Source: a virus (taxonomy: Duplodnaviria; Caudoviricetes). Taken from it: a DNA stretch of 44,734 nt. The position numbers and the translations under genes are program-made. The stretch lies in IMG/VR virus record IMGVR_UViG_3300044709_000083, positions 1 through 44,734 of that record; one strand, 5' to 3'. How positions within the stretch are numbered: the first letter of the stretch is position 1; each line of letters opens with the position of its first letter. Below the pieces are notes generated by a model. It saw nothing but the letters and a program-made list of their open reading frames with translations, was not told the origin of the DNA and searched no databases. Positions 43,069 through 44,734 of the stretch are shown here, piece after piece.

Positions 43069-44163
43069 TTACGTGAGATCCGTCCAGAAGACGAGATATT
43101 GGTTGCCGGTGTTGTCGACTTCGGTCCCCGGCGTGATCTTGTCCGCCGCCGCTGTCAGCGTGCCCGCATGCGCCGCGAGCGTGGCAATCGACGCCGCCGT
43201 GGTCAGCACCAGCACCGCGACCACTTCATCGCCCACCGCCATGCCCGTGACCGTGATCTGATGGGTCGTGGTCTCATCCTCGCCCGTCACCACGGAGACT
43301 TTCGCGAAGCCCGACGCAAGGCGCGTGCGCGTCACCGAGGCCGCCTGGAGTTCGTTCGTGCCCACAGAGCGCAGCGGACTCACCAACCAGAGAATCTGTC
43401 CGACCGTGGCCGACTTGACCACCACGAACCCGGCCGGTTGCACGCGGGCCGTGGCTCCAGTCGGCGCCGTGTGTGCGAAGCCGCCCGCCGTGGTCGAGAG
43501 ATAGACGGGATCACCCGCGGCTGATGCGCTGTTCGTGTTCAGGTTCGCGGCGGAAAGCGTCGGCCCCTTCGTGACGGTGCCTTCCGCCGTCGTCAGGATC
43601 TCCGCCGTCGTGACCCAGACATCGTCGTGCGCGGCCACATCCGCATCCGCCAGCACAATCGTCGGCCGCCCGCTGGTGGCATCGAGGCCCGTGATCGCCA
43701 CGAGTTTGTCGACGCCAATCGTGCTCCCCGACACGTTGATCACCCGCCGTCGCAGTTTGGGATCGGTCAGGCTGGCATCTTGCGCGGTCAACACCTTGCC
43801 GAGCGGCACCTCGAGGCCGTCCTCGCTCTCCGACAACAGCGTCGCGCCTTCGCTGTCGTGCAACGCGACCGCTGCATCCGAGGTCAGTTCCGTGATCGCC
43901 GTGACCGCCGTCCCGCTGGTGTAGAGCGCGCAGCGCCAGCGATAGGTCGCGTGGTCCTTGCCAGGTTCTTCGGCAACCAGTGTCCCGCTGGCGGTCGTGG
44001 TCGCACTGATGACGGTGCGCCATTCCCCGCGATTGCGCTCTTGCTTTTCCAGCACCATCGTGGCGACGAACGTGCCCGACAGGTCGTAACTGAACTGCGA
44101 GCCGGCACGCACCGTCAAGATGGTCCCGACGCCGCGGGCGGTAAACGAGGTCGACACGGTCAT
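43069..44163 (-). CDS. Multi-domain virion fibre/decoration-like protein
   Basis: GTFVATMVLE beta domain; LADAD...NTNSASAAGDPVYLSTTAGG capsid-fibre-like domain; VTGMAVGDEVV. Confidence 0.7.
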   Translation of the reverse strand: MTVSTSFTARGVGTILTVRAGSQFSYDLSGTFVATMVLEKQERNRGEWRTVISATTTASGTLVAEEPGKDHATYRWRCALYTSGTAVTAITELTSDAAVALHDSEGATLLSESEDGLEVPLGKVLTAQDASLTDPKLRRRVINVSGSTIGVDKLVAITGLDATSGRPTIVLADADVAAHDDVWVTTAEILTTAEGTVTKGPTLSAANLNTNSASAAGDPVYLSTTAGGFAHTAPTGATARVQPAGFVVVKSATVGQILWLVSPLRSVGTNELQAASVTRTRLASGFAKVSVVTGEDETTTHQITVTGMAVGDEVVAVLVLTTAASIATLAAHAGTLTAAADKITPGTEVDNTGNQYLVFWTDLT

Positions 44164-44495
44164 GAGGTCACTCCTTCACGCACCACCACGCGGCCAATTT
44201 CCATCTGCAGGTGTTTCCCGACGCGCCGATCATAACTGACAGCGAGAATCGCATACGTTGCCTTGCACTTCGGACACACGGCGCCGGACTCGACGCCCAC
44301 AATCAAGAGACTGCCATTCCCCGGCTGGCACAAGCACGTCACCGACGCCACGACGGACGAATCGCCCGCCCGCATCGGCAAGCCGACGACTGGCGTATTT
44401 TCTGACATCAGCCGCTTCGTAATGGCGTTCGCCTCCTCCATCGTCATCGTGTGCGGTGTGTGCGGCGGTCCAAATTGCACTGATCCGAGTTTCAT
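44160..44495 (-). CDS. Small zinc-ribbon protein
   Basis: CLC...CPKC; ATGA overlap with the portal stop. Confidence 0.6.
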   Translation of the reverse strand: MKLGSVQFGPPHTPHTMTMEEANAITKRLMSENTPVVGLPMRAGDSSVVASVTCLCQPGNGSLLIVGVESGAVCPKCKATYAILAVSYDRRVGKHLQMEIGRVVVREGVTS

Positions 44496-44734
44496 CCAGC
44501 CACCTGTTGCACGATCCGAGAGAGCGCGGTATCCCCGTCCATCGGCGTCGTCCCCATGTCCTTGCCAGCCTTTGCCAACATCATCGCCTGCTGGGCCTGC
44601 TGGGCCTGCTGCAGCGCCTGTTGCTCGGCCTGCGCCGCGGCGTTTGCCTCATCATCCGAGGCCACCAGCGACGGGTCGACGCTCAGCCCGTCCGCATACT
44701 GATCGACGACGGCATTCGGCTTGATCTTGTGCCG
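44492..44734 (-). CDS. Portal protein, 3' end (joins 1-1621 across the origin)
   Basis: In frame: QQAQQAQQAMMLAKAGKDMG...QQVAG then TGA at 44492. Confidence 0.9.
   Translation of the reverse strand, partial: RHKIKPNAVVDQYADGLSVDPSLVASDDEANAAAQAEQQALQQAQQAQQAMMLAKAGKDMGTTPMDGDTALSRIVQQVAG
44608..44734. repeat. Terminal direct repeat (copy of 1-127)
   Basis: Exact match to the window start. Confidence 0.95.

Noticed and set aside
1-44734. CRISPR mini-array or IS element
   Set aside because: No regularly spaced repeats, transposase or terminal inverted repeats seen in any intergenic region

Overview
The window is a complete, circularly assembled ~44.6 kb high-GC tailed phage genome. Positions 1-127 repeat 44608-44734, so the unit length is 44,607 bp. 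The virion module is of the Bordetella BPP-1-like podovirus type: TerS, TerL, a Bbp21-type portal split across the contig ends, Bbp19, scaffold, Bbp17 major capsid, Bbp16 cement, tail adaptor and nozzle, a GNAT protein and three ejection proteins. Almost all genes are on the minus strand. The early/middle region encodes a Cro-like HTH, two RHH regulators, a DEDD exonuclease, an SSB-like protein, HNH and PD-(D/E)XK nucleases and two DNA methyltransferases. I could not recognise an integrase, CI repressor, polymerase, helicase/primase or endolysin. The most unusual points are: (i) the only + strand gene is an Aur1/Ipt1-like PAP2 membrane phosphotransferase, divergent from cro where cI would normally sit; (ii) next to it is a block of Sec- and Tat-exported proteins including a catalytically dead metzincin; (iii) a fibre-like protein in the head module has a signal peptide; (iv) the tail adaptor is fused to LamG and Ig-like domains; (v) there are two promoter-delimited antisense ncRNA candidates, one of 173 nt with a tRNA T-arm. 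All family calls come from motif recognition by eye; no searches were run.
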